Shown: positions 8,750 through 19,200 of the stretch, piece by piece
How positions within the stretch are numbered: position 1 is the first letter of the stretch
How the letters are laid out: each line of letters begins with the position of its first letter
NCBI GenBank assembly: GCA_002708985.1
Contig: PAPS01000015.1
Coordinates: 429 to 64,428, forward strand
Source of the DNA: Saprospirales bacterium
GTDB taxonomy: Bacteria; Bacteroidota; Bacteroidia; Chitinophagales; UBA8649
DNA length: 64,000 nt
Direction: 5' to 3'
Notes under the pieces: model-generated
Seen by the model: the letters and a program-made list of their open reading frames with translations, nothing else
Databases searched by the model: none
Told to the model about the DNA's origin: nothing
Program-made: the position numbers and the translations under genes

Positions 8750-9316
8750 CTACGCATTATTTCGGAGTCGAGCAACCGTTCGCAAATGAGTATTCTTGAT
8801 AAACTTCTCATCATTGAAAATACGGCTAAGGGTAAGTGCTCCTTGAATCTCAGAAACACTTCGTTCCGCGAGTTCATTGGCCATCCCTTCATCAAATTTG
8901 GATCGATAGACCTCCTTAATGGCTTTGAAGTAGTCCGAAAAGAAGGCTTGAATTGTTGGTTGGAATTCAGGCATACTTAAAGCAGTTTCAACGCCAACAT
9001 TACCCAATATCTCACCAGATTCTTGGTCTACGAAAATTTTTTCAGCTTCTTTAAAGATAAGATCCATTCTATCTACGGCATCCAAACTGTGATTGTAAGC
9101 AATGGTAAATATCGTTTCAGCAAAAAAGACATGAACGCTCTCAATCACCTTAATCATGAGGTCCTCCTTGGAATGAAAGTAATGGTATAAACTACCTTTA
9201 AGTAAGCCACAAGCCATAGCGATATCAGCCATAGAGGTAGCGTGGTAGCTCTTTTGTCTGAAAAGCTTCAAGGCTTCCTTTATTATCGTTTGCTCATCTA
9301 CTTTCTGCCTTGGCAT
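8750..9316 (-). CDS. TetR/AcrR family transcriptional regulator
   Basis: The ATG is at 9316; the track start at 9340 is a TTG. The N-terminal helix-turn-helix is ALKLFRQKSYHATSMADIAMACGLLKGSLYHYFHSKEDL. Confidence 0.85.
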   Translation of the reverse strand: MPRQKVDEQTIIKEALKLFRQKSYHATSMADIAMACGLLKGSLYHYFHSKEDLMIKVIESVHVFFAETIFTIAYNHSLDAVDRMDLIFKEAEKIFVDQESGEILGNVGVETALSMPEFQPTIQAFFSDYFKAIKEVYRSKFDEGMANELAERSVSEIQGALTLSRIFNDEKFIKNTHLRTVARLRNNA

Positions 9317-9346
9317 ATTGTGAATATACACCAACAACAACCATTA

Positions 9347-9364
9347 ACCAAACGACCGTTTGGT
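9347..9364. promoter_or_regulatory. Perfect 8+8 inverted repeat ACCAAACG-ac-CGTTTGGT, a candidate TetR autoregulatory operator
   Basis: It lies 31 nt upstream of the TetR ATG (9316) and directly after the stop of the upstream outer-membrane-protein gene (9367). A 2-nt spacer is too short for a hairpin loop, so it looks like a dimer binding site rather than a terminator. Confidence 0.4.
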
Positions 9365-9366
9365 AT

Positions 9367-10281
9367 CTAGAGCCCTCCCAATTTGCGCGTAAGCGAAAAC
9401 ATTACAAAGAACATATGATCGCGGTTCGATGGATTGCCACGTAATGTTTGTTCCAATACGGTGCCTTCAATCGGTGCTGAGCCGCGATAACTCAGTTGTC
9501 TAGACATTGATGCATGAGGATGGGAGCTCGCATCAAATAAACTCACATCGGCATAATAACCACTAACATCATCAACATAATCAGAGAAAACATAACGGAA
9601 ACCAAATTCCGTAGCCATGCTCCAATGCCTATTTAAATTCCATTTAACCCCCATATTTACCGGCACAGTAAGTGCCATTCTAAGGTATTGCGGGCGATCC
9701 CAATATTTTTCCAAATGCTGGCCTTCAGTGCCTAAAGGTTGCAGCGCAATCCATTCACCATCCAACTCCGCTTTGGGATTAAAGTACATTCCACCAAAAC
9801 CCAAAGCCACGAAGGGTGTTGCTTTAAACTTAAAGTGGCCTGGATGGTATGGTAAAAGATTAAATTCCACTTGCGCACTAAAATCTGCTATTATAGACTT
9901 AAAGTGCAAGTTTCGACTGGCATTGCTACCCTTACCCCATTGATCATTCCCACAAATCTGTCCTATAGTTGTCGTGATTCGGCCTCCTACATGGGCATGA
10001 TAATTATGACGGTAAGAAATAGCGAGCATAGGACGGGTAGCTTGCATATCCACTCCCCCGAAGAAACCTCGCTGACCGTCCATTGAGATATCCCCGAGAT
10101 AATTCATTCCTCCAAATCCCATGCTTAACTCTTGTGAGGATAATTTCTTGCTGTACTGAGCTTGAGCAACCAGGCTCATTAATAATAAAATTACAGTGAT
10201 TGACCACCATATATTTCTTCTACACGGTACTATTTCAGGCGTCAATAATCTAGTTACAACAATATAATTCATTTCTCTCAT
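9367..10281 (-). CDS. Outer-membrane beta-barrel protein (DUF6089-like)
   Basis: 304 aa with signal-like WWSITVILLLMSLVAQAQ. It has alternating beta-strand patterns with aromatic residues and a C-terminal FFVMFSLTRKL. It resembles Bacteroidota DUF6089 barrels (FGGMNYLGDI). The ATG at 10272 is an alternative start. Confidence 0.5.
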   Translation of the reverse strand: MREMNYIVVTRLLTPEIVPCRRNIWWSITVILLLMSLVAQAQYSKKLSSQELSMGFGGMNYLGDISMDGQRGFFGGVDMQATRPMLAISYRHNYHAHVGGRITTTIGQICGNDQWGKGSNASRNLHFKSIIADFSAQVEFNLLPYHPGHFKFKATPFVALGFGGMYFNPKAELDGEWIALQPLGTEGQHLEKYWDRPQYLRMALTVPVNMGVKWNLNRHWSMATEFGFRYVFSDYVDDVSGYYADVSLFDASSHPHASMSRQLSYRGSAPIEGTVLEQTLRGNPSNRDHMFFVMFSLTRKLGGL

Positions 10282-10600
10282 CAGGAACTAAGGTAATACA
10301 ATTTTGAATAAAATCGTCAATTACACAGTACACAAAACGTTGTATTTCAATGTTTTACACTACTTATACATAAAAATTTTCATATATATAAAAAGAGAGC
10401 ATATGTAAAGCGCTATTGTTCAAACGCTCATAAATAAATGCAACTTGGTCCTAATTGATTACTAGCTATTTAAAAAAAATCAAGAAAAATGAAACTTTTT
10501 TGATTTAGTCAATCTCGGCACTTACTATTTTGTATGTTTTTGTGCATAAAGGTCAACCTCTACAAGACACAATTCTTAGATTTATACCTACATTCATAAC

Positions 10601-12454
10601 ATGGGCCAGTTTATTGTCTCAGCAAGGAAATATAGACCGAAAGAGTTCAAAGAAGTTGTCGGCCAAGAAAGCATCACCGAGACGCTTACGCGTGCCATTA
10701 CTGCTGAAAAGATAGCGCAGGCCTTTTTATTCTGTGGACCGCGAGGCGTCGGAAAAACCACAACGGCAAGAATCCTGGCAAAAGCCGTTAATCTTGGTAA
10801 GATTGACGGTCTTTCTGAAGAAGACGAGGATTTTGCCTTCAACATTTTTGAACTTGATGCCGCTTCAAATAACAAGGTAGAGGATATGCGTAGTCTGATG
10901 GAGCAAGTACGTATACCTCCCCAAACGGGTCGATACAAAATCTACATCATTGATGAGGTTCACATGTTATCTCAAGCAGCTTTTAACGCCTTTCTAAAGA
11001 CGTTAGAAGAGCCTCCGCCCTATGCTATATTCATACTAGCAACGACTGAAAAGCACAAGATTCTTCCAACCATTTTATCCCGTTGTCAAATTTTTGATTT
11101 CAAGAGGATTAGTGTTCCCTCCATTATTCAGCAACTGAAACATGTAGCCCAGGCGGAGCAGTACGAAGTAGAGGAAGAAGCTTACCATATTATTGCAGAA
11201 TCTGCTGATGGTGCTTTGCGCGATGCATTGTCAGTTTTTGACCGGCTTGTAGCAGGATTAGATAATAGCAAACTCACACAAGCCTCCGTTTTACAGCAAC
11301 TTAACATACTGGATTGGTCGACGTTTTCAGAAACAACGGAAGGTCTTATGATCAATGATCATGGAAGGGCAATTTCCCTGTTTAACCAAGTGTTAGAACA
11401 AGGCTTTGAAGGAGATATGTTTATGCAAGGTCTAGCCGAATACATCCGCACCCTCTTAATTGCGAAAGATGCCCGCCTGCACTCCCTTATGATGGGGAGC
11501 AAGAAAAAAATACAAAGAGCCTCTGAACAAGCTGAACTTGCCACCCCATCCTTTCTAATCAATGCCCTTGCCTTGATAAATGACGCAGAAGTAAGCTATC
11601 AAAGAGCACTAAATAAGCGCTTACATGTAGAGGTATGTTTAATTCGTATTGCTCATGCATCTCAAGTAATTGAACAAGGAGCGATCAAAAAAAAAACGGC
11701 TAAGCTAGATACAGAGTCACGCACTAACCCTCCCCCACAATCGAATAATACATCTCAAGACGACCGCTCTGATTCATTAAATAACAAAATATCAGAGGTT
11801 GACAAATCCATTGAACACGTAGAATCATTAGAAGAGGTATCTACCAACTCTGCAGCGGACGAGCAGACTGAGAAACAAACTATCACGCAGAGTAAGGAGA
11901 CTATAAGCCCTCAACCCGATGCACACGACCGTGAAGAGGATATACCTGTCGAGAGCAAACCAACCGCCTCTGTCCCATCAACGGGCAAACGTTTAAGCCT
12001 AGAAGATTTGGATACTGATGAATTACTACGTCCCAAATCGGAAGTGAAATCACCTAGTCCCGAAGAAAGCGCACAAAGGATCTCTTGGGATCACAAAATC
12101 GAATCCATTCTTGCCCAAGTTGAGGATTATCTACAAAAAAATGACCATCAATCCGTTGCAAGTATTTTAGATAAACTCAATGTTTCTTTAAAAGACAACC
12201 AAGTGATATTTACTGCGACAGCTAGTGCACAAAAGGATTTTATTGAAACTCACATGGCATCAATCAATAAATACGTCCAAGAAAGACTATCCGATGCACC
12301 CACGCTTTGCATAGTTTACCAACAACAAGGGAGACAGGAGAAGAATGGGGTTCAACAGAACGCGAAAAAAACAGCCGAATTAATGCACGATAAGAATCCA
12401 GATATGCGCAACTTTATCGATGACTTAGGTTTAGAGATCGATTATTCGGCATAA
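10601..12454 (+). CDS. dnaX: DNA polymerase III subunit tau (gamma/tau)
   Basis: 617 aa. Motifs are ARKYRPKEFKEVVGQ, Walker A GPRGVGKTT, DEVHML and SRCQIFDF. The C-terminal half is low-complexity and acidic, as in tau-specific regions. Confidence 0.95.
   Translation: MGQFIVSARKYRPKEFKEVVGQESITETLTRAITAEKIAQAFLFCGPRGVGKTTTARILAKAVNLGKIDGLSEEDEDFAFNIFELDAASNNKVEDMRSLMEQVRIPPQTGRYKIYIIDEVHMLSQAAFNAFLKTLEEPPPYAIFILATTEKHKILPTILSRCQIFDFKRISVPSIIQQLKHVAQAEQYEVEEEAYHIIAESADGALRDALSVFDRLVAGLDNSKLTQASVLQQLNILDWSTFSETTEGLMINDHGRAISLFNQVLEQGFEGDMFMQGLAEYIRTLLIAKDARLHSLMMGSKKKIQRASEQAELATPSFLINALALINDAEVSYQRALNKRLHVEVCLIRIAHASQVIEQGAIKKKTAKLDTESRTNPPPQSNNTSQDDRSDSLNNKISEVDKSIEHVESLEEVSTNSAADEQTEKQTITQSKETISPQPDAHDREEDIPVESKPTASVPSTGKRLSLEDLDTDELLRPKSEVKSPSPEESAQRISWDHKIESILAQVEDYLQKNDHQSVASILDKLNVSLKDNQVIFTATASAQKDFIETHMASINKYVQERLSDAPTLCIVYQQQGRQEKNGVQQNAKKTAELMHDKNPDMRNFIDDLGLEIDYSA
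11687..11696 (+). other. A10 homopolymer (in-frame A_AAA_AAA slippery heptamer), candidate recoding or transcriptional-slippage site inside dnaX
   Basis: The zero frame reads atc aaa aaa aaa acg (IKKKT, codons 362-366). The -1 frame gives aac ggc TAA (stop at 11701-11703). The +1 frame gives cgg cta agc TAG (stop at 11706-11708). An AGGAG lies at 11677-11681, 7 nt before the heptamer. Confidence 0.4.
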
Positions 12455-12514
12455 AAAGAAATTGACATAGGAGAATAAGTCAATACCCCTTAAATTTGCA
12501 CTTTAAATAATACC

Positions 12515-13765
12515 ATGGCCGAATTTTTAAGACTACCCCGCATGAGTGATACAATGGAAGAAGGAGTAATCGCTTCCATTGCAATAAAAGTAGGTGACAC
12601 TCTCAACCCAGGTGACTTGATTGGCGAAGTTGAAACTGATAAAGCCGCAATGGATTGGGAATCAGACCAGGAAGGTGTTGTCCTCCACATCATTGCAGGA
12701 GAAGGTGATGCGATTCCAGTTAATGGACGAGTAGCAATTCTCGGCGAAGAGGGAGAATCCTTCGAAGAAATACTAAACTCAGCAGAATCAGAAGCTCCTG
12801 CCGAGCAACCCACAACAACAGAAGTTGCTAAACCAACTACAGAAGTATCTGCACCGGCGCCTAGTGCAGAAGAAGTAAGTCCAGTACCACAAATCCAAAC
12901 AACTTCTTCCAACGATGATGACCGGGTCAAAGCAAGCCCTTTAGCGCGTAAAATGGCAGAAGATTTCAAGGTCAACTTATCCAATCTGCAAGGTTCTGGT
13001 GAAGATGGGCGTATTGTGAAGCGAGATGTCGAAGCGTATGCAGCAAATCCTGCACTAACGGTAAACAAAGTGTTCACCGCCACCTTGGAGGCACGTGAAG
13101 AACGTGTAAGTATGATGCGTAAAACAATTGCTAAACGACTCAGTGAAAGCAAATTCACCGCTCCTCACTTCTACTTAAAGATATCCGTTGACATGCGCAA
13201 TGCCATGGAGGCAAGAAAAGAGATTAAGGCTGCCTTCGACATGAAGTTTTCCTTTAACGACTTAGTCATCAAAGCATGTGCTATGGCACTACGCAAGCAC
13301 CCCAACATCAATGCTTCATGGCTTGGAGATATTATCCGCTATCATGCTGACATCAATATTGGAATGGCAGTAGCTGTTGATGAAGGTCTTGTGGTTCCTG
13401 TAATCAAGCATGCTGATCAACTAGGGCTTTCTGAAATCTCACAAGCAGCTCGTGGTTTTGCTGAAAAGGCAAGACAACGACAACTTACCTCTGAAGAAAT
13501 GCAGGGTAATACATTTAGCATCTCTAATCTTGGAATGATGGGAATCGATGAGTTTACTGCCATTGTTAATCCACCAGATGCCTGTATTCTTGCAGTAGGT
13601 GCAATACGCCCTGAACTAGCACTTGAAGACGGAGATTTGGTAGAGAAGCAAATGATGAAACTCACCTTATCCTGTGACCATCGCGTAGTTGATGGAGCAG
13701 TTGGTGCAGCCTTCCTAGCTACCTTAAAAGGTCACTTGGAGAATCCAGTGAGTATGTTGCTCTAG
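12515..13765 (+). CDS. 2-oxoacid dehydrogenase E2 component (dihydrolipoamide acyltransferase)
   Basis: 416 aa. It has a lipoyl domain with VETDKA, a Pro/Ala/Thr linker, an E3-binding segment SPLARKMAEDFKVNLSNLQGSG, and a catalytic domain with SCDHRVVDGA. Confidence 0.9.
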   Translation: MAEFLRLPRMSDTMEEGVIASIAIKVGDTLNPGDLIGEVETDKAAMDWESDQEGVVLHIIAGEGDAIPVNGRVAILGEEGESFEEILNSAESEAPAEQPTTTEVAKPTTEVSAPAPSAEEVSPVPQIQTTSSNDDDRVKASPLARKMAEDFKVNLSNLQGSGEDGRIVKRDVEAYAANPALTVNKVFTATLEAREERVSMMRKTIAKRLSESKFTAPHFYLKISVDMRNAMEARKEIKAAFDMKFSFNDLVIKACAMALRKHPNINASWLGDIIRYHADINIGMAVAVDEGLVVPVIKHADQLGLSEISQAARGFAEKARQRQLTSEEMQGNTFSISNLGMMGIDEFTAIVNPPDACILAVGAIRPELALEDGDLVEKQMMKLTLSCDHRVVDGAVGAAFLATLKGHLENPVSMLL

Positions 13766-13812
13766 TTAAGCATTGCTTTAGCGTAACGGTTTAGACGTCG
13801 TATATTTGGGGT

Positions 13813-16212
13813 ATGTCACGAGATGCCTCACTACCAAAAAACCTATCCAACTCCTCGCCGGCACAGCGTTTCAAACAACAAGTAATTGACGATTTTAAGA
13901 CGGCATGCCTCAGTCGTGAGATGAGTCTAGCTGGGCGCAAAGAAGTACTTGGAGGAAAAGGTAAATTCGGAATATTTGGGGATGGCAAAGAGGTTACTCA
14001 AGTAGCACTTGCCAGATCCTTTATGCCAGGTGATTTCCGTTCAGGATATTATCGTGACCAAACCTGGATGCTAGCACTTGGCGTTATCACGCCGACACAA
14101 TTCTTCGCTCAATTATACGCAGATAGCAATCCCGATAATGAACCTATGTCGCATGGTAGGCAGATGAATGCCCACTTCGCTACCCCACTTATCGATGATG
14201 AGGGTAACTGGTTAGAGCTAAAATCCAGCTACAACATCGCGGCAGATGCCTCATCGACCGCCAGCCAAATGCCGCGAGCTGTAGGACTAGCCTTAGCTTC
14301 TAAGTTCTACCGAAATAATCCAGAACTTCAAACTGACAACAAATTCTCGACTAAGGGACAAGAAGTATGTTTTGTGAGTATCGGCGATGCATCTACATCC
14401 GAGGGACACTTTTGGGAGGCGATTAATGCAGCGGGTGTCTTGAAAATACCAATGATAACGGTCGTCTATGATGACGGGTATGGTATATCCGTACCCAAAA
14501 AGTATCAAACCACTAAAGAAAGTATTTCTGAAGTTCTTTCTGGATTCCAGGTTGATGATCATGATGAAGGCGTTATTATCGTCAAAGCAAAAGCATGGGA
14601 CTATCCTGGCTTGGTACAAACCTTCGAAAAAGTAAGTACTCTCGTTCGAGAAAAGCATATCCCTGCCCTCATTCATGTTGAAGAGGTAACGCAACCACAG
14701 GGACATAGTACGTCAGGTTCTCACGAACGCTATAAAAGTGAAGAGCGACTGGTATGGGAACAGAACGCAGATGGCATCCAACGTATGGGTACATGGCTTA
14801 TCGATAAAGCTCTTGTTACTGAAGAAGAAGTCGATCAGATTAAAAAAGAAGCAAAAAAAACAGCTAATGCCGCCAAGAGAGAAGCTTGGAAAGCCTATCA
14901 GCAACCAATACTTGAGAAAGCTAAAGAGTTAGAAATACTCATCGAGAAATCAAGCCATGCGATAATTTCCCATCTTCAAGCTTCGGTAAAAGACTTGTAC
15001 AATCCCGGGTATTCAGATCTTGTTCGCATAGCAAAAAAAGCCCACAGATTGCTTCGAAGAAACAATGCATCAGACCAAAATCTCTCATCCTTTATTGAGG
15101 AGATAAACGACCTAGGACAAAGAACTTATCAAAGCCATTGGATTAGTGAGACAAAAAAAAGCACAAAAAATGTCAGTATAATAAACGCCGAGTTTGATGA
15201 GCAAGAAGAGGTTAATGGATTTGAAGTTCTCAATGCTGCCTTTGATGCCGCGTTGGCTCGGAATCCAGCTGTTATAGCCTTTGGGGAAGATGTAGGTAAA
15301 ATTGGTGATGTAAATCAAGCCTTTGCCGGGCTACAAGAAAAATACGGAGAGCATCGGGTCTTTGATACAGGCATAAGAGAGTTAACTATAATGGGACAGG
15401 CTATTGGCATGGCTATGCGTGGTTTACGGCCTATTGCTGAGATTCAATACTTAGATTACTTAATTTACGGCCTGCAGCCTTTAGCAGATGATGTCGCTAC
15501 ATTAACCTACAGAACAGCAGGAAAGCAACGAAGTCCGGTTATAATTCGAACAAGGGGTCACCGCTTGGAGGGAATTTGGCATACAGGATCTCCCATGGGG
15601 ATGGTGCTTAATTCGTTGCGAGGGATGAATGTCTGCGTGCCCAGAAATATGACCCAAGCCGCGGGCATGTACAATACGTTGCTTGAGGGTGATGAGCCAG
15701 CTATTGTAGTAGAGTGCCTCAATGGATATCGATTAAAAGAACGATGTCCGTCAAACATCGGACAATTCACAGTGCCCATGGGCGAGGTAGAGACCTTACA
15801 AAAAGGAGATGATATTACCTTAGTGACCTATGGTTCATGTGTGCGAATTGCCCAACAAGCTATTGCTATACTAGAAAAAGATGATATTTCTGTGGAGCTT
15901 ATTGACATACAAACCTTATTGCCTTTTGATTGTGATAATAATATCGTTGAATCAATAAAAAAAACAAATAGGGTTGCTGTCTTAGACGAAGACGTTCCTG
16001 GCGGAGCTTCGGGCTTTATTCTTCAGCAAATCATTGAAGAACAAGGTGCCTACCAATACCTTGACAGTCCCCCGATTACCATTGCCGCTAGGCCCCATCG
16101 CAGTGCTTATGGAAGCGATGCTGACTATTGGAGCAAACCCAGTGCAGACGATGTCTATGCTGCAGTGTATAACATTATGCACGAAGCCAATCCGAGCAAC
16201 TACCCAGAATAG
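13813..16212 (+). CDS. Fused E1 alpha/beta 2-oxoacid dehydrogenase (TPP-dependent), long 799-aa form
   Basis: The alpha module has the TPP motif region GDASTSEGHFWEAINAAGVLKIPMITVVYDDGYGISV. A Lys/Glu-rich linker (~aa 330-470) follows. The beta module has VIAFGEDVGKIGDVN and a C-terminal transketolase-C-like part. It lies immediately downstream of the E2 gene. Confidence 0.85.
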   Translation: MSRDASLPKNLSNSSPAQRFKQQVIDDFKTACLSREMSLAGRKEVLGGKGKFGIFGDGKEVTQVALARSFMPGDFRSGYYRDQTWMLALGVITPTQFFAQLYADSNPDNEPMSHGRQMNAHFATPLIDDEGNWLELKSSYNIAADASSTASQMPRAVGLALASKFYRNNPELQTDNKFSTKGQEVCFVSIGDASTSEGHFWEAINAAGVLKIPMITVVYDDGYGISVPKKYQTTKESISEVLSGFQVDDHDEGVIIVKAKAWDYPGLVQTFEKVSTLVREKHIPALIHVEEVTQPQGHSTSGSHERYKSEERLVWEQNADGIQRMGTWLIDKALVTEEEVDQIKKEAKKTANAAKREAWKAYQQPILEKAKELEILIEKSSHAIISHLQASVKDLYNPGYSDLVRIAKKAHRLLRRNNASDQNLSSFIEEINDLGQRTYQSHWISETKKSTKNVSIINAEFDEQEEVNGFEVLNAAFDAALARNPAVIAFGEDVGKIGDVNQAFAGLQEKYGEHRVFDTGIRELTIMGQAIGMAMRGLRPIAEIQYLDYLIYGLQPLADDVATLTYRTAGKQRSPVIIRTRGHRLEGIWHTGSPMGMVLNSLRGMNVCVPRNMTQAAGMYNTLLEGDEPAIVVECLNGYRLKERCPSNIGQFTVPMGEVETLQKGDDITLVTYGSCVRIAQQAIAILEKDDISVELIDIQTLLPFDCDNNIVESIKKTNRVAVLDEDVPGGASGFILQQIIEEQGAYQYLDSPPITIAARPHRSAYGSDADYWSKPSADDVYAAVYNIMHEANPSNYPE

Positions 16213-16217
16213 ACTTC

Positions 16218-19200
16218 TTAAAGATTAAACTCAATCTTAAACTCCTCAGTTTTAAGGCTTGAACCGATACCAAAAGTCATAGACCTACCGTTATTTTCAA
16301 CGGTACGCTTTTTCTCAGGTAGGTCAGTAATTGACTGCATAACCGCTTTATTTGTAGAAAAAATTGAGAGGTGATTTGCTCGATAGGAAAGATGTACAAA
16401 CTCTCTCAAATCATTTTCAATATAAATATCCAGTCCGTCTGACTCGGCATCTCGCTGTTCAAAAACGATTTTACCCTTTACTTCCTTATGAATAGGCATC
16501 TCTCCTATAAATGAGATTCCAATTTTACCTTCTGAAACAAAATGTCGATAAAGGGCATTATCCTCGTAATTGAAGGTTACCTGATGCGTAACAAGATTCC
16601 CCTTCAGACCTTTTGGATACTCAAAGAATGGATCCATAGCCATTGCACTTCGAAGGTCTTTTAGATTCTTGTTTTTTCGCTGTAAAAGACCAAACCAATC
16701 CTGCATACTTGACTCCTCATAATAGGTCAATGACTTACTGGAAAAGCTTGCTTCATTAATCATAAGACCAATCGCCTGCCAAATTTCGTCTGGGAGTCCA
16801 ATGGATAAAGCTTGTGACAAACTGATTTCCAACGAATTGGATTCTACATTATGAGCAATACGACCACTATTAAGCAATTCAACAGGACCCGTACGCAGCT
16901 GTAAATCCAACAAACCCTGCCCGTTTATGTTTTTAGAAGCGACATTATAGGTTAGGCTATTTCCAGTGTAACCCGGAATAGATGCATCATAACTCCCATT
17001 TTGAAAGAGATACTCATTCTCCCCTGCTTTATGAGAAAACATACCCTTTACTTCAAGCAATGGTTTTTGTGAAGGCACTCGCACGCGAGATAATAACTGA
17101 GGGAAGAACGGAGTTATATCTTTTGGAGTAAGGTAAATACCAGTATACAGCGTCTCACCTCTTAAGGCCGTGGACTGTTGAAAATCAAATCCGATTGAAT
17201 CAGCGTAGATGGTATCATTAATTTTTACCCACTCATTATCCAAAGCATCGGACTGCCAGTCAATTTGAAGAAACCCATCAAGATGTACACCATTAAATCG
17301 AGAATCGATAGCGACATCACCGATTCCCAAAATAGAGGTCATAAATTGTAAACTATCAATCATCTGAAGCTCGCCACTCGCATGAAAATAGGACGTCCTA
17401 TCCGATTCTTTCTTCTCCTGAGTCTGCTTTGTCTTTATATTATCAATTACAATAAGCTGGGAATCTAAATCTTGCCCGTTATAGATAAAACTTCCTTTAC
17501 CATTTGCCTCGTTTCGGCCTTTAATCGTCATAGAAACACCACTAAACTGATGCCTCGATTCATTAATCGGTGATGTCAAAGTGCATCCCTCCAACTTGGA
17601 CAGCACTCCATTCTGTTTGATATACAAGGTATCTCCGTTGGGATATAATCTCGAATCAGCAATATCAATAAATGGAATCTCACGAACCTCAAGTGATGAC
17701 GTGGACATATCGTAGTCCGCTGAACCCGAATTAAAAAATATATCTCCTTGGGATGGATTGGTCGCAAAAAACGTCATATCATCTTGCCCTTCAGGTACAC
17801 GGAAAAACAATCTCCTAGCGTCAATATCCCACTGGAATTCACGGATATTCACTCGATAGGCATTGTAAGCTAAGTCAATAAAGTTATCCTCTGAATTGGA
17901 GATAAAGGTTCCATAATTTTCGTCCATATCGACATCCATAGAAACATCTTTAACGGAAAAAGTAACCTGATCACCTCCGGACTTAACTTCAAGATCTCCA
18001 GATGATGCCATAATATCTTTATCGGTCAAAGTAAAGTCTTCCGAGGTTAACTTCGCATCACTCCATTCAATGGCACCGTCGGCTGTAATTGCGGTATCTG
18101 TTACCTGTAGAGTGCCCTCAAGTAGCGTACGCCCTTGATTCATAGAAAATGGATTGTTGGCATTCGAGGTAGCCACTAATCTGCCCTCATAAGGAAACCA
18201 TCTTAACTTATTCTTTTCGCTCTTCATCTCCGGTGATAAAAATCCCATTTCACTTCGTTCGATATTCAAGGAATCCGCAAAGGCCACAACAGAGTCCGTA
18301 AAGAATTCAATTCGCTTGGATGAAAAATCAGAAGTTAAATAATCAACGGTTCCTGTCCCGATGACACCATTACTGCGATCCAATTGATAAAATCCAGTCA
18401 GTAGTCCTCTATCCTGGTATAGAGAAATGCCTTCTTCACCAGTCGATTCTTTAATACCAAGTGATTTATCATTCATTAGCATCAGAGTATCTCTTATCGT
18501 CGGAAAAATATACGCGCTAGTCAGCGTTCCTATAAAACTCAGATCAACGGAATCTATATAGAATAAAGAATCCAACGTAAAGGGGTCCAATGAAAAATAG
18601 AAACTATCCCTGTTGTAATCTCCACCGCGTATACTCGAATCAGAATAAAAAACTTTGGGGTGGTTGAAGGTTTCAATTTTAGGATAACTCTCATCTTGAT
18701 TAAAGGTCCCTGAGTGATTATCCGGTGAGTTAACTGATACAACGATTTCAGCACCCTCAATGACAGACTTTACACGCAACAGGTTTGATGCCGAATTTGG
18801 ATTATTGTAGAGAACATCCATCCGTAATTCATTCAAGCTATCAGAGATAAAATGGTAAGGCTCATATTCAAACAAGGCATCGTCATCCAGGAACTCAAAC
18901 TGACCTGCTGTAAACATCCCTGAAAAGTTAAATGACTTGTCTTTATCAATGTCAAAGGTTTCATTATCCGGATATATACTTGTTCGATCATACTCTGATA
19001 TCATGACCGATGAGACACCCCTCGTCGTCGCTATATCCAAATCAACATTATAAGTAACATTTTTACCTGAAGCAAAAGAGGACATTCCCATTTCATCGAA
19101 ATCAGAGGTTTTTCTTAATGCCTCTACATAGAGAATAATTTTTGGCAATAAATCCACTCGTTCTTCTGCTTCATTAAAACCTATAAAACCATTTGCCATT

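Noticed and set aside
12490-13158. 222-aa minus-strand ORF antisense to the E2 gene
   Set aside because: It is a Ser/Ala/Thr-rich low-complexity shadow of the E2 lipoyl/linker region. The plus-strand E2 has unambiguous motifs.
14853-14860. A8 run inside the 799-aa E1 alpha/beta gene, with a -1 frame stop 2 codons later (similar A8-9 runs lie near 15153 and 15953)
   Set aside because: I considered it as a second recoding site that would give an alpha-only product. However, the run is shorter and the +1 frame stays open. Off-frame stops are frequent in AT-rich DNA, and there is no biological precedent. It serves mainly as a caution for interpreting the dnaX site.
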